Shown piece after piece: positions 39,358-49,801 of a stretch of 64,000 nt of DNA. Each line of letters starts with the position of its first letter. Position 1 is the first letter of the stretch. The notes under the pieces were generated by a model. It did not search any database. It was not told the origin of the DNA and worked only from the letters and a program-made list of their open reading frames with translations. The position numbers and the translations under genes are program-made. Source of the stretch: an uncultured virus (IMG/VR IMGVR_UViG_3300042342_001499) (lineage: Duplodnaviria > Heunggongvirae > Uroviricota > Caudoviricetes); IMG/VR virus record IMGVR_UViG_3300042342_001499; one strand, written 5' to 3'.

Positions 39358-39612
39358 CTATCGATAACTAACGCGAGTAACATCTATAGTGTCCCCGGAG
39401 GAGTACTTGACCTTACTCTTAAATGATCTTCCGCAAGATGTTTCTAATCTGTATCCCAGAGGAATATTCATTTCGTCGTGTATAGAAACGGGAGTTATTT
39501 CTTCACATGAAACAACTACGCATTTAATAATTTCTCTTTTCTCCTTGATTTCTAAGCAAGATGATAAAAATGATAAAGAAATTAATGATGATATTAAAAT
39601 TTTTTTTCTCAT
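39358..39612 (-). CDS. Small lipoprotein
   Basis: Lipobox LSSC. Confidence 0.55.
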   Translation of the reverse strand: MRKKILISSLISLSFLSSCLEIKEKREIIKCVVVSCEEITPVSIHDEMNIPLGYRLETSCGRSFKSKVKYSSGDTIDVTRVSYR

Positions 39613-39869
39613 ATTCCAAATGTAAGTATTTATATTTAATATAAAAAAAGAAAATTCTATTTTTCTTTAAATATGTCTATATATACTTTAATTCTTTCGT
39701 CTGCTATTTGCAAACACATTTTTGTTTGTGCTTCTTTATTTCCTTTGTGGTGTTTTTTTCTAAATAGCTCGTACAATTCTAATCTACTTCCTTCTAACTT
39801 TCTTCCCTGTGTTATTTCTAATTTTTCTTCCATAATTTTAGATATATAATATAATATTTATACTATATA

Positions 39870-39967
39870 AAGACTCGAAAATTTCAATCTTACACGGCTT
39901 AGGACCGTGATGTTACGCAAGTAATAATCTAAGGGTCAAGGAAATCGCAACCACCTTGGCCCTTTTT
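39870..39967 (+). ncRNA. Putative small structured RNA ending in a terminator
   Basis: CACGG-CTTAGGA-CCGTG, GTTAC-GCAA-GTAAT and AAGGGTCAAGG...CCTTGGCCCTTTTT. Confidence 0.5.
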
Positions 39968-40075
39968 AATTTTAATTCAATTATTTTAAATATTTAATAT
40001 ATTTTTTAAAATGCTAGCAGTTTTTTTACGGGTAAAAAATATATATGTAGACAACCAACTAAATAACTAAAAAAA

Positions 40076-42007
40076 ATGAGGACATTAAGAATGTTAAGTG
40101 TTCTAGCGTTTTTTATGACGCTAACTCTTAACTTATTTTCACAATCTGGTCCACCAGCACCTTCTACTGGTATATGGGCCATAATCGACACTAATTACAC
40201 AGTCGGTACAACTACACAAGGATTTACCACAGCAAAGGTCACTTTAAAAAATACAACTCTTACTAAATATACAGGTGTACAATTCAGAGTATTCTATGAT
40301 AAAATAGCATTCACTAATGCTACTGTATCTCTTTTAGGATCTCCAACCAACTTAGATTTTCAGTATATAACAAGTGCCGCAAACGGTTATGTAACTATGA
40401 CATTAGTTTATACTGGAGCTAGTTCTGTATATACATTACCAGATGGAGAAAGATTCGAGATTACTTTCACACACGCTGCTTCATCAATATTTAATAACTT
40501 AGCATCTATCACACCATTAGCTTGGTCGGTTGTTCCAGCAGCTAATACATTTCCTCCGTATTCAGCAAAACAGGATGGAACAGATACGACTTTAAATATA
40601 CACAGTTATGGTGGTAACTTTATATTTCAAAACTTTGCATATCACGGAACATTTAATAATGTAACCGGAACACCAGCTAAGAACTTAACATTAGCATTAC
40701 AGAGAAGACCACTAGGAGGTAATACTTGGACACAACACTCGGCTTATACTACTGACATAAACGGAGACTTTGCTATCTCGGTTCCTTTAGATACTACTTA
40801 TTGGGATGTAAGATTAGCAGTACAAGGAGATTCAATGGCAGTAGGTAATGTTATTTCAACTGCAGATGCACAGTTAATAAATCAATGGGTATTAGGTAAC
40901 GGTACAATGACAGGATTTAATTATTATGCAGCAGATGTTAATGAATCAGATAATATAACGATATCTGACGCATATGGGGTATTCGGTAGAATTTCTGGAA
41001 GATTCTCAGTATGGCCTAATAATACCGAAGATGTTAAATTCTTTACACAGACAGAATACAATACTATTAATGGATCATCAACTAACTATACTGCGTCAAT
41101 ATCAGGAGCAACAAACTTTACATTCGATATATTGCCAGGTCAACCAGATTCGGTTATTTATTACGTAGTTGTACCTGGTGATGCTAATGGTACAGGTTAT
41201 CATATGGCTCGTGTAACTCCAATTGAAGTTCTTGTAGGACCTGCACCAGGATTAGAGAATCAGATCTATAATGTAATAGACACTAAAGTTGAATATGATT
41301 TCCCAACATCTTCTATAGAAGTTAATGTGCCTCACATATCAGTTCAAGAGGGTAACTTAGTAAATATACCAGTTAAAGTATTAACTAATGGTATTGAACT
41401 AAACTCACTACAATTTGGATTGAAATATAATTCAGACTTACTTTTATTCAAAGGAGTTTATTCATCATCTTCTGCAATGAAATGGTTAACTTATATTAAT
41501 GCAAACGACGGTGAAATAGATTGGGGAGGATATGATATTACTAACAGTCAGAATACTTTAAAAAATGGAGACGATGTTGTTACACTACAATTCGTAGCAC
41601 TTCAACCGCAAAATCAATGGGATGAGAGTCCTTTATACACTACCAGAAAATTTGCAGGAAATGCAGCAAATTCTAAAGATTTAACTCTAACACCAACAAA
41701 TGGAATACTTCAAGTATTAAAGATATCTAATGGACAATTATTAGATTCAAACTCTATGATAGTTTATCCTAATCCATTTGAAAAAGATGTCACAATAACA
41801 TTTAGCCTATCAGAAACATCAAATGCTACTTTATATGTATCGGATTTACAAGGAAGGAAGCTAGCTACAATATTAACTGGTCAAGTACCAAATGGACAAT
41901 TTTCTTACTGTACAGATCTTGGCAGATTACAATCAGGATTATATTTCGTAACTCTATCTACAGAAAACGGAAAAACTATAGTGGAAAAAATAGCTAAAAT
42001 AAAATAA
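40076..42007 (+). CDS. Secreted protein with cohesin-like domains, dockerin-like motif and T9SS C-terminal sorting domain
   Basis: Signal peptide; GVQFRVFYD and SLQFGLKYN cohesin-like strands; DVNESDNITISD; VYPNP...GLYFVTL...EKIAK. Confidence 0.8.
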   Translation: MRTLRMLSVLAFFMTLTLNLFSQSGPPAPSTGIWAIIDTNYTVGTTTQGFTTAKVTLKNTTLTKYTGVQFRVFYDKIAFTNATVSLLGSPTNLDFQYITSAANGYVTMTLVYTGASSVYTLPDGERFEITFTHAASSIFNNLASITPLAWSVVPAANTFPPYSAKQDGTDTTLNIHSYGGNFIFQNFAYHGTFNNVTGTPAKNLTLALQRRPLGGNTWTQHSAYTTDINGDFAISVPLDTTYWDVRLAVQGDSMAVGNVISTADAQLINQWVLGNGTMTGFNYYAADVNESDNITISDAYGVFGRISGRFSVWPNNTEDVKFFTQTEYNTINGSSTNYTASISGATNFTFDILPGQPDSVIYYVVVPGDANGTGYHMARVTPIEVLVGPAPGLENQIYNVIDTKVEYDFPTSSIEVNVPHISVQEGNLVNIPVKVLTNGIELNSLQFGLKYNSDLLLFKGVYSSSSAMKWLTYINANDGEIDWGGYDITNSQNTLKNGDDVVTLQFVALQPQNQWDESPLYTTRKFAGNAANSKDLTLTPTNGILQVLKISNGQLLDSNSMIVYPNPFEKDVTITFSLSETSNATLYVSDLQGRKLATILTGQVPNGQFSYCTDLGRLQSGLYFVTLSTENGKTIVEKIAKIK

Positions 42008-42011
42008 AAAT

Positions 42012-42353
42012 ATGAGCGAAGAAACAAATGCACCAGAGACTAATGATGGAACTTGGTCTGGATTAAAAAAGACAATCATCGGAACACTAACTACAGTAAT
42101 TGCAGGCGGTGGAATATGGTTAAGTACTACATTGTTCGGAGGCGGTAGCGACGAACCAGCAGAGGAAAATAAAACAGAACAATCTGGGGGACAAGCACCA
42201 ATTACTATCAATGTAGAGCAAAATCAGGAGAATAAACAAAAGACTGAAAATGGTGGAGGTAATACAATTATACACGAAAGAATTATTGAAAAACCTGCAC
42301 CAACAACACAAGAACCTATTAAACCTAAAAAAGAGGAAGAGGAATCTTGGTAA
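42012..42353 (+). CDS. Single-TM protein
   Basis: One TM followed by a polar tail. Confidence 0.65.
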   Translation: MSEETNAPETNDGTWSGLKKTIIGTLTTVIAGGGIWLSTTLFGGGSDEPAEENKTEQSGGQAPITINVEQNQENKQKTENGGGNTIIHERIIEKPAPTTQEPIKPKKEEEESW

Positions 42354-42376
42354 AAAAATAAAAAAAATAAAAAAAA

Positions 42377-43018
42377 ATGGCAATTAAAAATTTCTTTAAC
42401 AGTAAAACTGACTATGTCAAAGTAGAAGATAAAAATAGGTTCTACTACATGCTTCAACAGATGCAAGCAAATAGATGGAGAATAACAGCAATCGTATTAG
42501 GATTATTTACTCTTATTATATTAGGTATTAATGCTGGCGTATTTTTAGGAAAGAGCATCGGAGAAGATTGGAAAGAAATGCTATTAATACTATTAGGAGC
42601 ATTTGTAGGTAACTTAAATAAAGTAGTAGATTATTGGTTCAATTCTGAAGATAGAGATAAAATGCTAATTCAAAAAGTTGACGAAGAAGATGGTGTAACT
42701 CTTTCTAATGTTGCTGATCCTTCCATGGATTCACCTACCGCCGAAAAAAAAACTGAAGACGTAGAGGAAGTTTACGAAGAGGAACCGGCAGTTGAATATT
42801 TTTCTCCTGTAGAACAATATATTGTAAACGAATCACAAAAAGTTGAAGTTGACGAAGATGGTGACGGAGTAAATGACGGTTACGATACTGATGGCGATGG
42901 AGATATTGATGAATACTTTGAACATAGAAATTGCGAGCATATTTGGGGAGACTCAGATGGTGATGGTTTTGAAGAATGCCAAACATGTGGATTATTAAGA
43001 AGTCAAATAGAAGAGTAA
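42377..43018 (+). CDS. Two-TM protein with acidic DxDxDG Ca-binding repeats
   Basis: Two TM segments; DEDGDG, DTDGDG, DSDGDG; terminal Cys motif. Confidence 0.65.
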   Translation: MAIKNFFNSKTDYVKVEDKNRFYYMLQQMQANRWRITAIVLGLFTLIILGINAGVFLGKSIGEDWKEMLLILLGAFVGNLNKVVDYWFNSEDRDKMLIQKVDEEDGVTLSNVADPSMDSPTAEKKTEDVEEVYEEEPAVEYFSPVEQYIVNESQKVEVDEDGDGVNDGYDTDGDGDIDEYFEHRNCEHIWGDSDGDGFEECQTCGLLRSQIEE

Positions 43019-43020
43019 AA

Positions 43021-43767
43021 ATGAAAAAAATAATATTCATAATATCAATATTAAGCTTATTTGGTTGTAAAAATTTACAGGCACAGCCACCTCAAAATAA
43101 TGGCGGTGGTATTGGCTCAGTAAAAACTGAACAATATCAGGCAGAGTTTGAAAAAAAGCAATCTATAAACGATGTTGCAGATTATACAGACACAATACAA
43201 GTTCCTATACAGCTTTTAAAGATTGGTATAAATGAGGAATTATATGAATTATATCCAGAGCTCAAAGACAAAAGGGTAGGCTTAGGTGTAACCAATATAG
43301 TTATAGAATATCTAGAGTATACTGGTAGATTCATATTCACTGAAGAAAAAGAAGATATTAAGCAAAGAATGATATCACAAGATAAAGCTTCAGATAAGGG
43401 TATATCAGTTAACAAAATAGACGTAAAAGGAAATGTAATACTAGCCAAATATTTTGTATACATTGAAGTATATGACTTTAGTGTTTCTGAAGATGAGGTT
43501 GTTAAGATTAACGGACAACAAACAACTACACAAACAACAAGATTAGGATTACAAATAAAATTCGTAGATGCTGAAACAAGTCAAGTTATTGTGGGATCTG
43601 GATTAGGTGAAGCAAGCACAGTAAAAACATCTAATATTTTAGGTGATATTTCAGATGATGTTAAATTTAATCAATCAACTATAGGTATATCCACAAAGAA
43701 AGCTTTAGAAACCGCATCGTCAAGAGTGGTAAGCAGAATGATTACGAAAGGGATATTTAAAAATTGA
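43021..43767 (+). CDS. CsgG/HfaB-like lipoprotein
   Basis: Lipobox LFGC; TGRF.F.E and IKFVDAETSQVI..SG patterns. Confidence 0.65.
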   Translation: MKKIIFIISILSLFGCKNLQAQPPQNNGGGIGSVKTEQYQAEFEKKQSINDVADYTDTIQVPIQLLKIGINEELYELYPELKDKRVGLGVTNIVIEYLEYTGRFIFTEEKEDIKQRMISQDKASDKGISVNKIDVKGNVILAKYFVYIEVYDFSVSEDEVVKINGQQTTTQTTRLGLQIKFVDAETSQVIVGSGLGEASTVKTSNILGDISDDVKFNQSTIGISTKKALETASSRVVSRMITKGIFKN

Positions 43768-45461
43768 AACCAAATGCAATTATATTACTCTTATTTGTTT
43801 GTCTATTCAGTTCTTATAAAATAAGTGCACAGACATACAACTACACCTATACCGATCCATGTACAGGTAACGATAAAACAATAATAGTCCCTATAAATGG
43901 AAACGTTACAGTAGGATATTATGGATCAATAGGATCTTTTAGCTATAACGATTTTACTAATGGAAATTTTGAGGCGTGGGCAAGTAACATATTTTCACAA
44001 TACGGAACAAATAGTCCTTGCTCAGAAATAGTTGGACTAGGGACAGCAGTAAACGTAACACAAAGTACCGCATTAAATGTAATAGGTATTTTAAATTCTT
44101 TATCAACTATATCAGATATAGCAGGATCAACAAATATATTAGGCGGATCAGTAAATTCAGTTTCTAATGCTGGTGGAGGAAAGAGTGAAGGAAAAAAAGA
44201 AAATAAAAAAAATAACAATAACGAATCAGCAAATAACACACAGACACAGGAAAACGGATCTCAAAATCAGACTAATAATACAGGATCTCAGCAGGAAGGG
44301 TCTCAAAATACTGAACCTGGATCAACAAACGGAGGATCTGGATCTCAACAGGAAGGGCAAGGATCAACAAACGGAGGATCAGGATCCCAACCTGAAGGTG
44401 GACAAAATACAGGAAATACAACCAATACACCTCAAGGACCAGGAAACACAACAACTACTAGTGGTGGAAATACTCAAAACGGACAAACAAATACTACAGG
44501 GGAAGGTACAACAACACAAACTCAAGGAACAACAAGCACACAAGGGGAACAGCAAAACAGTAATACAACTTCTCAAGAATCGGAGAATGCGCAAACAAAT
44601 AATCAAACATCAGGAAATGGAGAATCTAGTAATAATAATCCCAATGGTAATACTGGTAGCACTGGGAATAATGGGAATGGTTCAGGAAATAATAATTCTA
44701 ACGGGCAGACGGAAGAAGGACAAACAAACACACAATCTGAACAAGGACAAGGCAAAACAAATATAACTGCAGGTGCTTCTACTACAATTAAATCAACACC
44801 AACTAGTAAGGAAGGGGGAAAACCAACTGTTGTTGGAAGTGCTGATTTTATAGGATTCAATTTTAAAAACTCAGAAGTTAAGACTGGTGCTAAAGCAACA
44901 GGAGGATATACATCGATGAGATGGGACGGAAAAAGAAGCTATGGTGCTCTTGTAGATTACACATCAGCATTAAAAGGACCTAACATAACAACATTTTATG
45001 CATGGATAAGACCTAAGTCTATTATATTGACTTCAGGTACTTTAACAATAGGTTTCGAAGGTAATAGATCATTATACGGAACATTTGCAGCAGGACAAAT
45101 GTTTAATATAAAAAAACCAAAGAATCTTAAATTGCTTTACATGGCCACGGTTTCATACGGTACAGTATATAGGGAATCATTTCTAGGAACTGCATTAATA
45201 GTGGGTGGAACATATGATTTTAGGGTAGGTAAAAGATTTGATATAAAACTAATGAATTTAATGGTTTATGCTCCTTATGTAAGTTATTATAACGATGTAC
45301 TTTTAAAATCACCGTATGTGATGCTTCCAAGTATAGGAACAAACATAAAAATAACTAAGAAATTCAAATTTAATATAAATGGCGGAGGAGCTTGGGATTT
45401 AAAAACAAGCGCTTTAAATTATACTATAACATGTGGTACAAGATTTGTAATTGGGCAATAA
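43764..45461 (+). CDS. Exported protein with a Gln/Asn/Gly/Thr linker and probable C-terminal outer-membrane beta-barrel
   Basis: Signal peptide; alternating aromatic strands ending GTRF. Confidence 0.65.
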   Translation: MKPNAIILLLFVCLFSSYKISAQTYNYTYTDPCTGNDKTIIVPINGNVTVGYYGSIGSFSYNDFTNGNFEAWASNIFSQYGTNSPCSEIVGLGTAVNVTQSTALNVIGILNSLSTISDIAGSTNILGGSVNSVSNAGGGKSEGKKENKKNNNNESANNTQTQENGSQNQTNNTGSQQEGSQNTEPGSTNGGSGSQQEGQGSTNGGSGSQPEGGQNTGNTTNTPQGPGNTTTTSGGNTQNGQTNTTGEGTTTQTQGTTSTQGEQQNSNTTSQESENAQTNNQTSGNGESSNNNPNGNTGSTGNNGNGSGNNNSNGQTEEGQTNTQSEQGQGKTNITAGASTTIKSTPTSKEGGKPTVVGSADFIGFNFKNSEVKTGAKATGGYTSMRWDGKRSYGALVDYTSALKGPNITTFYAWIRPKSIILTSGTLTIGFEGNRSLYGTFAAGQMFNIKKPKNLKLLYMATVSYGTVYRESFLGTALIVGGTYDFRVGKRFDIKLMNLMVYAPYVSYYNDVLLKSPYVMLPSIGTNIKITKKFKFNINGGGAWDLKTSALNYTITCGTRFVIGQ

Positions 45462-47140
45462 TATTATTCACTTGGACTTCTTTAAGTGCACAGAGTGTTG
45501 TGGCACCAAGTGCATCATCATACCCTCAAAATACATCTAACCAAATTATAAGTGGATTCTCAGTAACGGGATTTAATGCCTCTTCAACTCTACTAATCAC
45601 AATAGGATTGGTTAATCCACCTTCAGGAACAACATTAAGACTAAATACAACTGCAGGAGTAACTGCTAGTACTGGATACAATATTACAGCAAACTTTACG
45701 AGAATAAGTTTTACTGGGACATTATCTAATGTAAATAGCGTATTGGCTTCTTTAAGATTAAATACTGGATCTATCCCAGGTAATGTTTACATTGCAGTAA
45801 CTGCTACAGAGAATCCTGTTGGGTACTTTTATCTTCCATCTAATGGACATTTCTATAGACCGATCTCAACTGGTGCATTTTACAGTTCAGCTAAATCTGC
45901 AGCTGCAGCTACCACGTTTAAAGGGCAAACTGGGTATTTAGTAACTATCACATCAGCAGACGAAGACGCATTCATATATAATAATGTACCTCAGTCTCAA
46001 ATATGGTTTGCACTATCCGATGTTGCTCAAGAAGGGTATTGGAGAATAGATGCAGGTCCAGAAAATGGAACTTTAATTAAAACTCAAAATGGTCAATTTG
46101 CGGGTAACATAGCTGGTCAATATAATAACTGGGCTGGAGGAGAACCTAATAACGCAGGGGGTGAACACTATGCTGTTACTAAATGGAACGGATCCCAATG
46201 GAACGATTTACCAAATAATTTTTCTTGTCCCTATGTAATCGAATACGGTACGTGGACTGATCCAGCTAACCAAACATTTACACAGTTTTATACCGGGTTT
46301 GTTACCCACCAAATATCTTGTACTGCTGCAAATGCTCCTAATGCTCCTGGTGGTATTAACGGAAGTAGGATGCTGGCTGGAACTGTTGCTTTATCTGCAA
46401 CCCCTCCTTCCGGATCTACTGTAGATTGGTACGCAAACTCAATTGGGGGAAATGTGTTATCAAATGGTCTAGGTGTTACTAATTACACTACACCTAGTAT
46501 ATCAAATACAACAACATACTATGCTCAGTCAAGAAACACAACAAGTGGATGTGTTAGCTCTTCAAGAACACCAGTCATTGCTACAGTAAACTATCCTATT
46601 CCATTTACGTATTCAGGGATTATATACAACTCTAAATCTATAGCTGTTCCTGGAATATCAGTTAAGTTATTTTATAAATTAAAATCAGGATTAACATATA
46701 CGTTACTACAGACTTATACTACAAATTCATTAGGAAGTTTTTCAATAACTACTCAGCTGGATACAGCAATTTATGATTTTCAAGTTACACTAGATAATTT
46801 GTCTGTAGATCTACCAAATAATTTAGACGTAAATTTCTTTATTGATAAAATATTGAATCAGAATTTTCAAAAAATGGACTACTATAGAATGGATGTGAAT
46901 ACTAATTCTACACTTTCTGTTACTGATATATATTGGATATACATGAAAATAAATGGATTATCGTGGCCTATTGGAGTACCTAATTATAGAATTATTACGC
47001 AGACAGAATTTACATTAATAAATTCACACCCAGGAAATCCGGTACCATCTTATCCAGGATCACAAAGCATAACATTAACTAATCCGACGGCCGGTGGGTC
47101 TTCGGTATTTTATATAATAAAAACAGGAAAATCAGACTAA
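45431..47140 (+). CDS. Secreted C-type lectin / Ig-like / dockerin-like protein
   Basis: YLVTITS..E, W..GEPNN, WND; YYAQS Ig-like segment; DVNTNSTLSVTD. Confidence 0.75.
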   Translation: MWYKICNWAIILFTWTSLSAQSVVAPSASSYPQNTSNQIISGFSVTGFNASSTLLITIGLVNPPSGTTLRLNTTAGVTASTGYNITANFTRISFTGTLSNVNSVLASLRLNTGSIPGNVYIAVTATENPVGYFYLPSNGHFYRPISTGAFYSSAKSAAAATTFKGQTGYLVTITSADEDAFIYNNVPQSQIWFALSDVAQEGYWRIDAGPENGTLIKTQNGQFAGNIAGQYNNWAGGEPNNAGGEHYAVTKWNGSQWNDLPNNFSCPYVIEYGTWTDPANQTFTQFYTGFVTHQISCTAANAPNAPGGINGSRMLAGTVALSATPPSGSTVDWYANSIGGNVLSNGLGVTNYTTPSISNTTTYYAQSRNTTSGCVSSSRTPVIATVNYPIPFTYSGIIYNSKSIAVPGISVKLFYKLKSGLTYTLLQTYTTNSLGSFSITTQLDTAIYDFQVTLDNLSVDLPNNLDVNFFIDKILNQNFQKMDYYRMDVNTNSTLSVTDIYWIYMKINGLSWPIGVPNYRIITQTEFTLINSHPGNPVPSYPGSQSITLTNPTAGGSSVFYIIKTGKSD

Positions 47141-47733
47141 TGAAAAATCTATTACTATCATTTTTACTATTTACAACCCCATTATTTATTTATGGGCAAA
47201 AAACGTTAAGAGATTCAGTATACATTAAAACTAATATGTTTGAGATTGTATACTCAGAAAAATTACAACAGCCTAAATTTATCAGATACACTGTACAATG
47301 TCCAAACGGAACTGCTCCGAGGACTGGGATGGATTTTTATATATGTGATTCAATTTTGACTTCAGACAATAAGGATTATGAAAATAACCCTTACGATAAA
47401 GGACATTTAGCTCCAGCAGCGGACTTTAATTGCACTAAGGAATTATTATATAAAACATTCACATATTTGAACTGCTCACTACAGCAAGAAAACCTAAATA
47501 GAACAACTTGGAGATTATTAGAAGTAAGAGAAAGAGAACTTGCTAGAACTAATAAAACAGTTACTGTCGAGATAAGATGTATATTTTCTAGCAAATCTAT
47601 AGTATTACCAACTGGTGCAACAATACCTGATGGATACATTAAGACAATTAAATACGGAAATAATGTTGAGAGATATTATTTTAAAAATGAAAAGCCAGCA
47701 TCAACTGACTACACTAAATATATTATTAAATAA
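47140..47733 (+). CDS. Secreted DNA/RNA non-specific endonuclease
   Basis: Signal peptide; YDKGHLAP; NLNRTTWRLLE. Confidence 0.88.
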   Translation: MKNLLLSFLLFTTPLFIYGQKTLRDSVYIKTNMFEIVYSEKLQQPKFIRYTVQCPNGTAPRTGMDFYICDSILTSDNKDYENNPYDKGHLAPAADFNCTKELLYKTFTYLNCSLQQENLNRTTWRLLEVRERELARTNKTVTVEIRCIFSSKSIVLPTGATIPDGYIKTIKYGNNVERYYFKNEKPASTDYTKYIIK

Positions 47734-48185
47734 TGAAAAAAATTATCATATTTTTCGGACTTGTACTTATTGGTATAACAGCACAAGCACAAGATTGTGT
47801 AAAGGTAGACACGGTTTACGTTACAGCAAAGCTTAGAGAGCTAGGATCTAGGGATATAAGATTCGGTATAAAACAAATAGTCGAGGAGGAGTTATCTCAG
47901 AAGTTTTGTCTTTCTGACGAAGGTGATCCGGTTAAGGTTGAGGTATTCTATTTTGGCTTACCTAAAACGACAATAAGAATAGTTGGTGTAGAAAAAACTA
48001 ATACAATAACACAGGTAGGTGTTAGGCTATACTATAAAGGTAACAAGTACGAAGGTATAGGTGAATCAGATACCGAAATAAGAGCTATTATGATAGAGGT
48101 TCAGGAAGGAGCTATTCCTTTCGAAAAAATGACTGTATCAACATCGCTTAAAAAAGCAATACACGAAGCAGCTTCTAAACTATGA
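47733..48185 (+). CDS. Exported protein
   Basis: Signal peptide ending AQA. Confidence 0.6.
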   Translation: MKKIIIFFGLVLIGITAQAQDCVKVDTVYVTAKLRELGSRDIRFGIKQIVEEELSQKFCLSDEGDPVKVEVFYFGLPKTTIRIVGVEKTNTITQVGVRLYYKGNKYEGIGESDTEIRAIMIEVQEGAIPFEKMTVSTSLKKAIHEAASKL

Positions 48186-48634
48186 TTAGATCATGTATTA
48201 TTTTATTAATATCTTTTAATTTATTCCCTTTATTTGCACAAATAAAAGTAGCAGATGTCGGGGATGGGTGGAAAAATAAAGTAGATAGTGCAATTTTAAT
48301 AATAAAAAAATATGATCAAGAAAAATATAATGTTTTATTAGAGACGTGTCATAATATAGGATATTGGAACGGGGCTTTTTCAACAACTGAGGGAGATTCG
48401 ATGATAACTATAGCTGTTAATGATATAAAGTCATCCAATATCTATAATATAGCTGCTATACTAGTTCATGAATCCATGCATCTATACATTAAGCAACTTT
48501 ACTTTAAATTAGATCCTAATAAGGAAGAGTCCCTTTGCTACAGATACGAACTTAATTTTTTAATGAAAGTCCCTGAAGTTGATGCCTGGTTAATATCAAA
48601 TGCTGTAAAGATGATAGAATACTACGAGAAATAA
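48182..48634 (+). CDS. Exported HExxH metallopeptidase-like protein
   Basis: Signal peptide; LVHESMH...EE. Confidence 0.6.
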   Translation: MIRSCIILLISFNLFPLFAQIKVADVGDGWKNKVDSAILIIKKYDQEKYNVLLETCHNIGYWNGAFSTTEGDSMITIAVNDIKSSNIYNIAAILVHESMHLYIKQLYFKLDPNKEESLCYRYELNFLMKVPEVDAWLISNAVKMIEYYEK

Positions 48635-48942
48635 ATCTTCTCCGGATATCCTCCAAAAACAAATTCAGTCACATAACAAAGCCAAATAGTAGAAGGACCG
48701 TGCCACGCGTCATTGTTGTAATATCCCGCAGTAGATTCGTTATGATCGTAAGAAAGAATCTTAGCATCATCAAAAGGCTCGTCACTAAAAGTAACATAAC
48801 AATAGTCTGAATTTCCCGAAAGAATTTCTAATAAAATGTCAGCACCCATTACCATCTCTAGATCGTCTTTTTCTCCTTCCCATTCCGGTAGATCAGCAAA
48901 CCATCTGTTATCTTCCTTATAGAATTTAAATCTTCTTGTCAT
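48622..48942 (-). CDS. Conserved hypothetical protein (DUF6717-like)
   Basis: WFADLPEW...LEMVMGAD...WLC...FGGYP. Confidence 0.55.
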   Translation of the reverse strand: MTRRFKFYKEDNRWFADLPEWEGEKDDLEMVMGADILLEILSGNSDYCYVTFSDEPFDDAKILSYDHNESTAGYYNNDAWHGPSTIWLCYVTEFVFGGYPEKIYFS

Positions 48943-49760
48943 ACATCAATATCTAAAACTAAGACATCATTATAATCTTCCCAAAGACAATCAACTAAAT
49001 AGTGAGTAACCTCTCCACAAATAACATCTTTTATCATCTTCTGTGGTGTGTGTCCAACTATTTGATTAACTCCTTCTAAAGGAAAGTCATTAAGAATTGT
49101 TGGTCTAACCCAGAAAGGACCTGCCCATAAGTTGTATCCTCCACTATGAGCATCCACATTAAATAAATTATCTACTCTTAGCTCAAATAGATCATTTATA
49201 AACTTTTCAAGATCCTCTGTATCAAAATCTTTAGTTATTTCATAATTTCTATATCTTGGATTATAAATGTCATTACGAGTGTCTTTTAACCATCCACTAG
49301 TAACACCAGCATGTGTCCATAAATACTTAACACCAGTGTTATCTTTTTCTAAATGTGCTACTTTAAAACATTCCCGATTTTCAGTAAATATCTGATAAAG
49401 ATCTGGTTTCATTTCTGCTCTATATCCACTACACACTTCATTAGGAACAAAATATTGTATATCATGATTTCCAAGTAGAAGTATAACTTTATCAGGTAAT
49501 GCTTTTTTAAATAGAAGAATTTTTTTAAGATTATCTAGAATCAATACGTTACTAAGATCATAGCTATCAACATAATCGCCAACAAATACTATCTTATCAT
49601 ATTGGGTATAAGGCATTTCTTTCCAAAATTCCTTATCGTCCGCGGGAACACCATTTTCGACCATCGTCAGCCAATGATTGAATTCATAATCACTTCCGTG
49701 AGTATGAAACATCCATTTATTACGACCGTGAACATCTCCTATGGTTAATATCTTTTTCAC
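48939..49760 (-). CDS. Calcineurin-like metallophosphoesterase
   Basis: GDVHG, GDYVD, GNHD, THAG, GHT. Confidence 0.88.
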   Translation of the reverse strand: MKKILTIGDVHGRNKWMFHTHGSDYEFNHWLTMVENGVPADDKEFWKEMPYTQYDKIVFVGDYVDSYDLSNVLILDNLKKILLFKKALPDKVILLLGNHDIQYFVPNEVCSGYRAEMKPDLYQIFTENRECFKVAHLEKDNTGVKYLWTHAGVTSGWLKDTRNDIYNPRYRNYEITKDFDTEDLEKFINDLFELRVDNLFNVDAHSGGYNLWAGPFWVRPTILNDFPLEGVNQIVGHTPQKMIKDVICGEVTHYLVDCLWEDYNDVLVLDIDV

Positions 49761-49801
49761 ACTATAAATTTAATTTTAAATACTTGAGTAAAAAACCGAT
49801 T

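Noticed and set aside
43943..44860. Several overlapping alternative-frame ORFs
   Set aside because: Shadows of the low-complexity linker in 43764-45461.
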